In this document: one piece after another, positions 39,829-48,358 of the stretch
Layout: every line of letters starts with the position of its first letter
Numbering within the stretch: position 1 is the first letter of the stretch
Origin: an uncultured Candidatus Saccharibacteria bacterium
Lineage (GTDB): Bacteria > Patescibacteriota > UBA1384 > XYA2-FULL-43-10 > CAINNR01
Direction: 5' to 3'
Length of the DNA stretch: 59,919 bases
Assembly: GCA_964425445.1 (NCBI GenBank)
Contig: CAYRLY010000001.1
Span: 71,537 to 131,455 of the forward strand
Notes under the pieces: generated by a model
The model's input: only the letters and a program-made list of their open reading frames with translations
The model's database searches: none
Told to the model about the DNA's origin: nothing
Made by a program: the position numbers and the translations under genes

Positions 39829-40809
39829 AGTTTTAATAATATCACTTCTTTTGAAAACTTGCTTCAAAGCTGGCGCGAGTTTTTGTCCGGCAAGCGAAAA
39901 AGAAAGGATGTAGCTCGGTTTTCTTTAGATTTGCTGGGAAATTTGATGACCTTGCATCTAGATTTAAAAAACCGAACTTACCGTCATGGCGGGTATACTC
40001 CATTTAAAATCAACGACCCGAAACCCCGAGAAATCCACAAAGCCTCAGTTCGCGATAGATTGGTCCACCATGCGATCTGTCGGATTTTATTTACATATTT
40101 TGAAAAACATTTTGTTTTCAACTCATTCTCCTGTCGAAAGAAAAAAGGCACTCACCGGGCCATGAATCGGTTTCGAAGTTTCGCAAATATCGTTTCAAAA
40201 AACAACACTCAAACCTGCTGGGTATTAAAATGCGACATCAAGAAATTTTTTGCCAGCATTGATCAGAGCATTTTGATGGAGATTTTAGCTCGGCATATTA
40301 AAGACCAAAATACTTTGTGGCTATTAAATGAAGTTATCGGCAGTTTTAATTCCGACGACAAAATCGGGATTGGTCTTCCGCTTGGCAATTTAACCAGCCA
40401 ACTCTTGATCAATGTTTACATGAATGAATATGATCAGTTTGCGATGAGAAATCTGAAAGCCAGATACTATGTCCGGTATGCCGATGACTTTGTAATTTTA
40501 TCATCAAATCGCTTGGAACTTGAAAAACTATTGCCAAAAATATCTGAATTTTTAACTAACAAATTAAAGCTCAAACTGAACTACAATAAAGTCGAAATTC
40601 GAACTTTAGTTTCAGGCGTTGATTTTCTAGGTTGGATTCATTTTCCCGATCATCGAATCCTACGAAAAGCAACGAAACGAAGAATGGTGAGAAGAGTTGT
40701 TGAAAATCCGAAAAACGCAACTTACCAATCATATCTAGGAATTATTTCTCATGGCAATAGCCAAAAAACTAGGCGTGAATTAAATAATCTGTATTTTTCC
40801 AAGCAATAA
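39733..40809 (+). CDS. DGR-type reverse transcriptase
   Basis: 358 aa with FENLLQSWREF, INDPKPREIHKASVRDRLVHHA, the DGR-typical LPLGNLTSQ and the catalytic YADDFVIL. ATG 39733 is the only canonical in-frame start upstream of the RT core. Confidence 0.9.
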   Translation: MRNNRQPIQIPLFDFNQNRGVVSRERVKWLHHSFNNITSFENLLQSWREFLSGKRKRKDVARFSLDLLGNLMTLHLDLKNRTYRHGGYTPFKINDPKPREIHKASVRDRLVHHAICRILFTYFEKHFVFNSFSCRKKKGTHRAMNRFRSFANIVSKNNTQTCWVLKCDIKKFFASIDQSILMEILARHIKDQNTLWLLNEVIGSFNSDDKIGIGLPLGNLTSQLLINVYMNEYDQFAMRNLKARYYVRYADDFVILSSNRLELEKLLPKISEFLTNKLKLKLNYNKVEIRTLVSGVDFLGWIHFPDHRILRKATKRRMVRRVVENPKNATYQSYLGIISHGNSQKTRRELNNLYFSKQ

Positions 40810-40889
40810 TTTTTTCAATCTTAGTTAAAGCAGATAACTTAAGGCGGTGTGATTGAATTTTTTTCTGATCAAGCGTATTATGTCTGACG

Positions 40890-42167
40890 ATGAACATAAA
40901 TGAGAAAATAAAGAAATTAGCAAGGGGGGAGATTGCCACTCTACCAGGTGTTTATATTTTTATCGATAAAAAAGGCGATATTCTCTATATTGGCAAAGCG
41001 AAAAATCTTCGAAGTAGGGTGAAATCATACTTTGTTCGCTTGGAAGAACTGCGAGAAAATCGTTCCGAAGCAATTTTTCAAATGGTTAATAAAATTAATC
41101 AGATAAAGATTTTTCCGACTGATTCAGAAATCGAGGCTATACTTTTAGAAGCTGAGCTAATCAATAAGCAAAAACCTAAATACAACAGCAGACAAAAAGA
41201 TGACAAAAGTTTTTATCTGATTAAGATTGACAAAAAAAAATATCCCAATGTTGAACTTGTTAGATCAAGAAATATTAGTTCAAAAAAAAGAGATATCATT
41301 TATTTTGGCCCTTATTACTCTGGTGATTTAGTGAAAAAAGCATTGAGGATTCTGCGAAAAATCTTTCCTTGTGCAAATTGTTCTCAGACAAAGTTTTTGC
41401 GACAAAGCAAGATAAAGCGGGCATGCCTTTATGGTGATTTAAATTTATGTTTATCACCATGTATCGCTATAGAAAAAGAAAGTCTGGAGCAGCTAGATTT
41501 TTTGATTGATTTTTTGCGGGGTAATAAGAAAAAAATCATTAAAAATCTAGAGAAAAAAATGTTTAATTTAAGCAAGGAAAAAAAATTTGAGCATGCGAAA
41601 ATTTTGCGCGACAAAATTTTCGCATTGTCTCATTTAAACCGTTATCCACTTGGTGTTAAGGACAGTTTTTCCGATTTTCAGAATTTTGCCAATTTCCCAA
41701 GAATTGAAGCTTATGATATTTCAAATATTAGTGGAGATTTTGCTGTTGGTGCAATGACCGTTGCCAGTCTTGGTAAAATTGATAAAAAAGAATATAAGAA
41801 ATTTAAAATTAAAACCATTAATGAACAAAATGATATCGCAATGACTGCAGAAATTATTGAAAGGCGCTTAAAAAATGACTGGCCAAGGGCAAATCTAATA
41901 ATAATTGATGGGGGAGTATCACATCTGAGAGTTGTGTCTAAAATTCTGAATAATTTAGAGCTAAAAATTCCTGTAGTGGCGATTGCCAAGGGAATTGATC
42001 GCAAAAAGGATGAACTACATTTTTCTGATCCGGAAGTGGCAGAGTATTTCAAGGGCAACAAATTTTTAATGATGCTAATAATTGAGCTTAGAAATGAGGC
42101 ACATCGTTTTTCTCAAAATTACTACAGAACTCTTCATCGAAAAGGTTTAGCAAATGAATTTATCTAA
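40890..42167 (+). CDS. uvrC: Excinuclease ABC subunit C, short form without the C-terminal (HhH)2 domain
   Basis: 425 aa with GIY-YIG (PGVYIF...ILYIGKAKNLRSRV), a UVR-like helix pair and the RNase-H-like endonuclease domain (RIEAYDISN...IIIDGG). It ends right after the endonuclease domain. Confidence 0.8.
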   Translation: MNINEKIKKLARGEIATLPGVYIFIDKKGDILYIGKAKNLRSRVKSYFVRLEELRENRSEAIFQMVNKINQIKIFPTDSEIEAILLEAELINKQKPKYNSRQKDDKSFYLIKIDKKKYPNVELVRSRNISSKKRDIIYFGPYYSGDLVKKALRILRKIFPCANCSQTKFLRQSKIKRACLYGDLNLCLSPCIAIEKESLEQLDFLIDFLRGNKKKIIKNLEKKMFNLSKEKKFEHAKILRDKIFALSHLNRYPLGVKDSFSDFQNFANFPRIEAYDISNISGDFAVGAMTVASLGKIDKKEYKKFKIKTINEQNDIAMTAEIIERRLKNDWPRANLIIIDGGVSHLRVVSKILNNLELKIPVVAIAKGIDRKKDELHFSDPEVAEYFKGNKFLMMLIIELRNEAHRFSQNYYRTLHRKGLANEFI

Positions 42168-43182
42168 GACTTTTAAAAAATGGTGGTATTCTCTGGCTTT
42201 TGATCCAGCAGATCCTAGATATGGACGGGGCGACATTAAAATAGCTGCTATTGGCGGGGGGACCGGACTTTCCAATTTGTTGCGCGGACTAAAGAAATAT
42301 TCCAAAAGTATCTCGGCGATAGTTGCAGTTTCTGATTCTGGAAGAAGTTCAGGTGTAATTAGAAAAGTGTTTAAAATATTGCCACCAGGTGACATTCGAA
42401 AATGTTTGGCAGCGTTTTCCGACGACTGGCAGGAATTTAGTGATCTTTTTGAATTCCGATTTCCCAAGGGGAGCGGTTTTTTGACTGATCATTCACTTGG
42501 CAATATTTGGATTGCGGCACTGTCAAAGAAATATAATTCCTTTGAAAAGGCAATTAGGTCCTTGCACCGGATGCTTAATGCAGTTGGCGTTGTGTATCCA
42601 TCAACGCTAGATGACGTGCAAATTGCTGCTCGTTACAACGATGGATCAAAAGTAGTTGGCGAAGACAAAATTCCATTGCAGCGCAAACAGATCAAAAAAG
42701 TTTTTTTTACTAAAAGAAAAGTTGCTCCATATAGACCAGCGGTCAAAGCAATTTCCGAGGCGGATATAATAATTATTGGTCCGGGCAGCCTATTTACCTC
42801 AATAGTTCCCAATTTATTAATTCCTGGCATTGTAAAAGCGATAAAAAACAACAAAAAAGCAATCCGGGTTTTTGTTGTAAATATTTCAACCGAAAGAGGC
42901 GAAACAGAAAATTTTTCAGTGCCAGAACATATAAAAGCGATAGAAGAACACGCAAAGGAGAAAATATTCGATTACATTTTGGTTAACAATAAAATTGTTC
43001 GCAGATCAAAGAAAGTAGCGGAAATCGGAGAGATAAATAATATCACTTTCGATCTCGATAAATTTTCTGATTATCGAATAGTAAAAAAGGATGTAATTGA
43101 CCGTAAATTCCCTCTTTATCATGACAGGGAAAAATTAGCGAAAGAATTAATATTGTTGTATAATGAGGTCAGAAGAAAATAA
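42154..43182 (+). CDS. yvcK: YvcK/CofD-like gluconeogenesis-factor family protein
   Basis: IAAIGGGTGLSNLLRGLKKY...AIVAVSDSGRSSG and IIIGPGSLFTSIVPNLL are family hallmarks. Confidence 0.85.
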   Translation: MNLSKTFKKWWYSLAFDPADPRYGRGDIKIAAIGGGTGLSNLLRGLKKYSKSISAIVAVSDSGRSSGVIRKVFKILPPGDIRKCLAAFSDDWQEFSDLFEFRFPKGSGFLTDHSLGNIWIAALSKKYNSFEKAIRSLHRMLNAVGVVYPSTLDDVQIAARYNDGSKVVGEDKIPLQRKQIKKVFFTKRKVAPYRPAVKAISEADIIIIGPGSLFTSIVPNLLIPGIVKAIKNNKKAIRVFVVNISTERGETENFSVPEHIKAIEEHAKEKIFDYILVNNKIVRRSKKVAEIGEINNITFDLDKFSDYRIVKKDVIDRKFPLYHDREKLAKELILLYNEVRRK

Positions 43183-43195
43183 TGAAAGGAGTGAC

Positions 43196-43456
43196 ATGAA
43201 CGAGCCAAGCAAGGGGAAGGTCATTGGTGAAATCACCCACTACTTTCCACATGTTTCTGCGGCTGTTGTCAAACTCACCGGTGCTTTAAAAGTCGGCGAT
43301 CGTGTTAAGATCGTCGGTGGCGGGAATGAGTTTGAGCAAGAGGTTACTTCGATGCAAATTGATCGTAGCCCGATCGAGGCGGCAAAAAAAGGTGACGAAG
43401 TTGGGCTTGAGGTCACGGAAAAAGCCCGCGAAGGTTACAAAGTCTACATTGTATAA
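43196..43456 (+). CDS. Small EF-Tu-domain-2-like beta-barrel protein (translation elongation factor-like protein)
   Basis: 86 aa: GKVIGEITHYFPHVSAAVVKLTGALKVGDRVKIVG...EQEVTSMQIDRSPIEAAKKGDEVGLEV. ATG 43196 lies 5 nt after AGGAG. Confidence 0.6.
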   Translation: MNEPSKGKVIGEITHYFPHVSAAVVKLTGALKVGDRVKIVGGGNEFEQEVTSMQIDRSPIEAAKKGDEVGLEVTEKAREGYKVYIV

Positions 43457-43494
43457 TAATTAGTTGGAGGGGCTCCATATTTGGAGTTTGATTT

Positions 43495-44238
43495 ATGCGT
43501 CGACCGCTAGTGATCGCAAACTGGAAGATGTATACGAGCTTTTCTGACGCCGTTGTTTTGTCGACGGCAATTCGTGATGGTGTTGAAAATATCTCTGGAT
43601 TAGAAATTATTCTTTGTCCACCAGCAGTCTGGCTGACGGAAATTGCCCACATTATTCATAAAAACATCAATCATCTATCTCTTGGCGCTCAGAATATTCA
43701 TTATATGAGCGAAGGTGAATTTACCGGAGAGATATCTGCCCCGATGATTAGAGATATCGCCAAATATGTCATTATTGGTCATTCAGAAAGAAGAAAAAAT
43801 TTTGACGAAGATTTGCCGATAATTTCCAGGAAAGTGGCTGCAGCAATTGATGCCTCTCTTTCTCCAATTATTTGTGTTGGAGAAAAAAAACAAAGCCAAG
43901 GTTCGGCCTCTGAGGTTGTGAAGGAGCTAAAAGAGGAAATTTCTGACATCAAGAAAGAGGATTACAAAAATCTAATAATTGCCTATGAGCCGGTTTGGGC
44001 AATAGGTTCAGAAGAGCCGGCTACCCCCGAATATGCCGCAAGAATTATTACTGCCCTTCGTGAAGTTGTTCATTTTGAAACTCCAATACTCTACGGCGGT
44101 AGTGTAGACGCGGCGAATGTTTATAAATTTGTTAGCCGACCGGAGATTGACGGAGTTTTAGTCGGTCGAAGTGGTTTAAAGGCAAAAGAATTTATCAAAA
44201 TTTGTCGGATAGTTGCTGAGTATAAAAAAATTGTATAG
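43495..44238 (+). CDS. tpiA: Triosephosphate isomerase
   Basis: 247 aa with ANWKM, IIGHSERR, AYEPVWAIG and YGGSV motifs. Confidence 0.93.
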   Translation: MRRPLVIANWKMYTSFSDAVVLSTAIRDGVENISGLEIILCPPAVWLTEIAHIIHKNINHLSLGAQNIHYMSEGEFTGEISAPMIRDIAKYVIIGHSERRKNFDEDLPIISRKVAAAIDASLSPIICVGEKKQSQGSASEVVKELKEEISDIKKEDYKNLIIAYEPVWAIGSEEPATPEYAARIITALREVVHFETPILYGGSVDAANVYKFVSRPEIDGVLVGRSGLKAKEFIKICRIVAEYKKIV

Positions 44239-44253
44239 TTTTTTTGGAGGGAT

Positions 44254-45249
44254 ATGGCAAGATTAGCGATAAATGGTTTCGGTAGAATCGGTCGGGCAGC
44301 TGCAAAGATTGCTCTTGATACCCCCGGTTTTGATTTAGTGGCTGTCAATGATTTAACTGATGTAGAAACCCTTGTTTCTCTGCTTCGCTATGATTCTGTT
44401 TATGGAATTTATGACAAAAAAATTGAAATATTCAATAATTCAATAAATATTGATAGTAAAAAAATTCACTTTTATCAAGAGAAAGAACCCAAAAATTTGC
44501 CATGGCAAGCACTGGGGATAGATGTAGTTATTGAATCAACGGGAGTTTTTTTAACAACTGAAGAATGTAGCGATCATATTTCGGCTGGCGCAAAAAAAGT
44601 TGTCATGTCGGCTCCGGCTAAGGATGACCAAACCCCGACTTATCTGATCGGTGTAAATGAAGATCAATATCAGGGTGAGAAAATTATCTCAAACGCTTCT
44701 TGCACAACAAATTGTATTGCTCCAATAATAAAAATCTTGAACGATAAATTTGGTGTTAAACAGTCTTTGATGACCACGATACATTCATATACTGCCGATC
44801 AAAATTTGGTTGATGGTCCGCATAAAGATCTGCGGCGAGCTAGAGCAGCGGCGATTAACATCGTGCCAACAACTACTGGAGCGGCAAAATCTGTAGCAAA
44901 AATTATCAAAAATCTCGATAATAAGTTTGATGGGCTATCTATACGGGTGCCAACGCCTATTGTCTCAATCGCTGATATCGTTGCGGTACTGGAAAGACCA
45001 ACGACTATTGAAGAAATCAATAATGAATTTGAGAAAATTTCTCAGGGCGGCTTGAAAAACATTTTGGCAGTTACTGATGCTCCTGTTGTTTCCAGCGATT
45101 TTATTGGAAATGAGATGTCGGCAATAATTGATTCTTCTTTGACCAATGTTGTTGGTGGCAATATGATCAAAGTTGTTGCCTGGTATGATAATGAATGGGG
45201 TTATTCAAAAAGATTGGTGGAAATAGCGAGTTTGATTTCTCATAGTTAA
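44254..45249 (+). CDS. gap: Glyceraldehyde-3-phosphate dehydrogenase, type I
   Basis: INGFGRIGR, the active site SNASCTTNC, and WYDNEWGYS. Confidence 0.94.
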   Translation: MARLAINGFGRIGRAAAKIALDTPGFDLVAVNDLTDVETLVSLLRYDSVYGIYDKKIEIFNNSINIDSKKIHFYQEKEPKNLPWQALGIDVVIESTGVFLTTEECSDHISAGAKKVVMSAPAKDDQTPTYLIGVNEDQYQGEKIISNASCTTNCIAPIIKILNDKFGVKQSLMTTIHSYTADQNLVDGPHKDLRRARAAAINIVPTTTGAAKSVAKIIKNLDNKFDGLSIRVPTPIVSIADIVAVLERPTTIEEINNEFEKISQGGLKNILAVTDAPVVSSDFIGNEMSAIIDSSLTNVVGGNMIKVVAWYDNEWGYSKRLVEIASLISHS

Positions 45250-45258
45250 AACATTGTC

Positions 45259-46251
45259 ATGGATATCATTAAAGCTTTGAAGGAATCCGGGCTAGTCGGT
45301 CTTGGTGGTGCTGGTTTTTCGACAGCAGCCAAATGGCAAGCAGTTAAAGATTCTTGCGAAAAAAAGCGGTTTGTTGTTTGCAATTTATCAGAAGGAGAGC
45401 CTGGAGTTTTTAAAGATGAATTTGTAATTCAGCGCCATCTGTCGAAAATGATATCCGGCATAGAAATCGCTGCTGAATTTGTTAATGCTCAAAAATCATA
45501 TATTTTCTTGAATGATAAGTACAAATACTACCAAAAGAAAATTGAGAAAAATTTGAAAGGCAAGAAGATTGAAGTTTTCATCGATAATGGTCGGTATCTA
45601 TGTGGCGAAGAAACAGTAATGCTTCAGGTAATGGAGGGCAAAACTCGTCAACCAAGACTTAAACCACCTTATCCTACGAACAGCGGTCTTTTTGGTTATC
45701 CGACATTAATTAATAATGCCGAAACTTTTTACAGGGTTAAACTAATAGCTGACGGTGATTATCAGCCAAAAAGATTTTATTCATTGTTTGGTGATTATAT
45801 TCCAAAAAAAGTTGTAGAAAGCGATCTAAGTTCTACTGTTGAAGAGATAATTAATTCAGAGAAAATTTTATCCAAAATTAAATTTGCTAGGATTGGAGGT
45901 CTTTCCGGCTGTTTTTTACCAAGAAGAGAATTTAATAAACAGATTACCGGCACCGGATCAGTAGAAATATTTGGCAAAAGACGGAATGTTTTTAACGCTC
46001 TCTGCCAATCAATAATATTTTTAAAAAATGAATCTTGTGGAAAGTGTACACCTTGTAGAGAGGGCATATATCGAATAGCAGAGGAGTTAAATAACATTTC
46101 TGAATCAAAAAGCCTGTGGGATAAAGAAGAAATTTTCTCAAAAATTAAATCTATAGCCGAGGCTGCAAAAGAAAGCAGTTTTTGCCCTCTTGGAGCTTCG
46201 GTTGCTAACCCGGTTATTAGCGCAATAAATTTATTTCCCGAGGATTTCTAG
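45259..46251 (+). CDS. NuoF/HydB-like NAD(P)H-binding FMN/[4Fe-4S] flavoprotein (short form)
   Basis: GLGGAGFSTAAKW, CNLSEGEPGVFKDE, YLCGEETVM, NNAETF and ESCGKCTPCREG...FCPLG. Only 330 aa, so it lacks the extra N- and C-terminal Fe-S domains of bifurcating HydB. Confidence 0.85.
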   Translation: MDIIKALKESGLVGLGGAGFSTAAKWQAVKDSCEKKRFVVCNLSEGEPGVFKDEFVIQRHLSKMISGIEIAAEFVNAQKSYIFLNDKYKYYQKKIEKNLKGKKIEVFIDNGRYLCGEETVMLQVMEGKTRQPRLKPPYPTNSGLFGYPTLINNAETFYRVKLIADGDYQPKRFYSLFGDYIPKKVVESDLSSTVEEIINSEKILSKIKFARIGGLSGCFLPRREFNKQITGTGSVEIFGKRRNVFNALCQSIIFLKNESCGKCTPCREGIYRIAEELNNISESKSLWDKEEIFSKIKSIAEAAKESSFCPLGASVANPVISAINLFPEDF

Positions 46252-47993
46252 TGACAAAGTCGTTTGAAGTCAAATTAAATAGCAAAAAAATTACCGCATT
46301 GGATGGCGAGAGTGTTCTAGATCTTGCCAAGCGTAATAATTTTCACATTCCAACTCTCTGTCACCACTCTGATTTGAAGCCAAATGGTAGTTGTCGTCTT
46401 TGTTTGGTTGAAGTCTCGTGTAATAAGGGAGAATTTGTTGTTACAACTGCATGTAACACGAGTGTGGTAGAGGGTATGGAGATAAAACTGGATACGCCCA
46501 AGGTAAAGAGAATTAGAAAATTGAATCTTGAAATGCTTCTTTCTGATCATATTCAAAAGTGTAGTGATTGTAATTGGAAATATGATTGTGAATTAAAAAA
46601 ACTTGCGAAGGAATTTGGAGTTTCTGAGTCGAGATTCTCTGAGAGAAGAAGAAAATTTAAAATTGATTCGAAAACCCCATCGATACATTGGGATTCTTCA
46701 AAATGTATTGAATGTGGAAACTGTATATCGGCCTGTCAACAAATTACTGGACTTGATATTTTAAAAACTGAGTATCGAGGATCCTCAATCGTTTTTGGTC
46801 CAAAAGATGGAAAAAGTTTTGCAGACACAAATTGTGTTTTCTGTGGCCAGTGCATTTTACATTGCCCGGCGGGATCGCTCCAGGAAAAAACTGAACTTCC
46901 AGAGGTTGAAAAACTACTTGAAAAAAAGAATAAAAAAAATATTTTAGTTGCACAGTTCGCACCGTCGACCAGATATTCAATTGGCGAACTTTTTGGTTTA
47001 GAGCCCGGGATAAATCTTGAAAAGAAATTAATTACCGCTTTAAAACATATCGGTTTTGACTATGTTTTTGATGTTAATTTTGGCGCTGATATTACGACCC
47101 TTGAGGAGGCTGCTGAATTGATAGAAAGGCTTGAGTCAAAAAAAAATCTGCCGATGTTCACGTCTTGTTGTCCAGCTTGGGTTAGATATGTTGAAATTTT
47201 TCATCATGAGTTAATACCAAATTTAACAACCACAAAATCGCCAACTCATTGTTTGGCCTGTACGGTTAAAAGTTTCTTTGCTAAGAAGATAAAAGTTAAC
47301 CCCAAAAGAATAATTAATGTTGCGATAATGCCTTGTGTCGCTAAAAAATATGAGGCAAAATTACCAGAGCTAAAAGAGTCTTACAATCCAGAAATAAACC
47401 ATTCTCTTACAGTCCGAGAGATAGGTAGGTTAATTAAAAAACACAATTTGGATATTGAAAATTTAGCTGATAGTGATTTCGATTCACCACTAGGTAATTC
47501 AAGTGGCGCGGGAACTATTTATGGGGCTTCTGGTGGGGTGATGGAGTCGGCTCTCAGGACTGTTTCCTCGCAATTGTCAGATGGCAAGATAAATAAAATT
47601 GATTTTTCCGAGGTGCGTGGCCTTGATGGAATCAAGTCAGCAGTTGTCGAAATCGATGGGATTAAGCTTGAGGTTGCAGTTGTCTCTGGGCTCAAAAATG
47701 CTGCAAAACTAATTAAAGATTTAAAATCTGGGGTTGTGAGATATAATTATATTGAAGTGATGGCTTGTCCAGGTGGTTGTCTTGGTGGCGGTGGCCAACC
47801 AATTCCAACAGAAAGTAAAATACGTGAGAAGAGAAAAGCTGGTTTCTATACTGATGACAAGGAAAAACCAATTAGAAAAGCCCATGAAAATAGTGATGTT
47901 AAAAAATTATATTCAGGATTAGATTCTAAACCACTGGAGGGTAGGGCTGGTCGTTTGTTCCATCGCAAATTTACGAAAAGAAGAAAAAAATAG
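46251..47993 (+). CDS. hydA: [FeFe]-hydrogenase catalytic subunit (HydA-like)
   Basis: N-terminal 2Fe-2S (C..GSCRLC), two 4Fe-4S motifs (CIECGNCISAC, CVFCGQCILHCP) and H-cluster motifs FTSCCPAWV, MPCVAKKYE, EVMACPGGCLGGGGQP. The GTG start overlaps the upstream stop. Confidence 0.92.
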   Translation: MTKSFEVKLNSKKITALDGESVLDLAKRNNFHIPTLCHHSDLKPNGSCRLCLVEVSCNKGEFVVTTACNTSVVEGMEIKLDTPKVKRIRKLNLEMLLSDHIQKCSDCNWKYDCELKKLAKEFGVSESRFSERRRKFKIDSKTPSIHWDSSKCIECGNCISACQQITGLDILKTEYRGSSIVFGPKDGKSFADTNCVFCGQCILHCPAGSLQEKTELPEVEKLLEKKNKKNILVAQFAPSTRYSIGELFGLEPGINLEKKLITALKHIGFDYVFDVNFGADITTLEEAAELIERLESKKNLPMFTSCCPAWVRYVEIFHHELIPNLTTTKSPTHCLACTVKSFFAKKIKVNPKRIINVAIMPCVAKKYEAKLPELKESYNPEINHSLTVREIGRLIKKHNLDIENLADSDFDSPLGNSSGAGTIYGASGGVMESALRTVSSQLSDGKINKIDFSEVRGLDGIKSAVVEIDGIKLEVAVVSGLKNAAKLIKDLKSGVVRYNYIEVMACPGGCLGGGGQPIPTESKIREKRKAGFYTDDKEKPIRKAHENSDVKKLYSGLDSKPLEGRAGRLFHRKFTKRRKK

Positions 47994-48004
47994 TTTGGAG
48001 AAAA

Positions 48005-48358
48005 ATGACGAAAAGAAGAAAAAGTTTAATGGTTGCTGTTTGGGCAATTGTAATAATTATTATCACCGGGACAGTATTTTATCACTATGTTGAAGATTGG
48101 AATTGAGTTGACTCATTTTATTTTACAACCATCACAATGACAACAATAGGATATGGCGATTTATATCCAACTCATAATGTTTCAAAAATTCTGACTTCTC
48201 TTTTCGCTGTCGCTACCATCCCGATAATATTTTTTGCTTTTGCTGTTGTTGCAGAGAATTATTTCGAAAAAAGATTACAGAGCTTATTGTCACGTGAATC
48301 AAAAAAAGAAATCAAAGAAATTGAACGAATTGAAAAAAATAATATTCAAGAAAAATGA
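48005..48358 (+). pseudogene. Two-TM K+ channel gene interrupted by one in-frame TGA (48104-48106)
   Basis: ATG 48005 gives MTKRRKSLMVAVWAIVIIIITGTVFYHYVEDWN-TGA-VDSFYFTTITMTTIGYGDLYP... in one continuous frame. TM1 lies before the stop; the pore helix, TTIGYGD filter and TM2 lie after it. Confidence 0.7.

Larger units (their letters stand above)
37025..40809 (+). mobile_element. Diversity-generating retroelement cassette (target-VR, TR, avd, RT)
   Basis: All four canonical parts lie within 3.8 kb. See the individual features and findings. Confidence 0.88.

Noticed and set aside
48104-48106. Genome-wide reassignment of UGA (code 4 or 25) as the explanation for the in-frame TGA in the K+ channel
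   Set aside because: Several well-recognised genes end at TGA exactly where their families normally end. Examples are the aldose epimerase at 7050-52, the PPIase at 25496-98 with an ATGA overlap, and the ASCH gene at 51816-18. No other conserved gene here needs TGA read-through. TGA therefore appears to be a normal stop.
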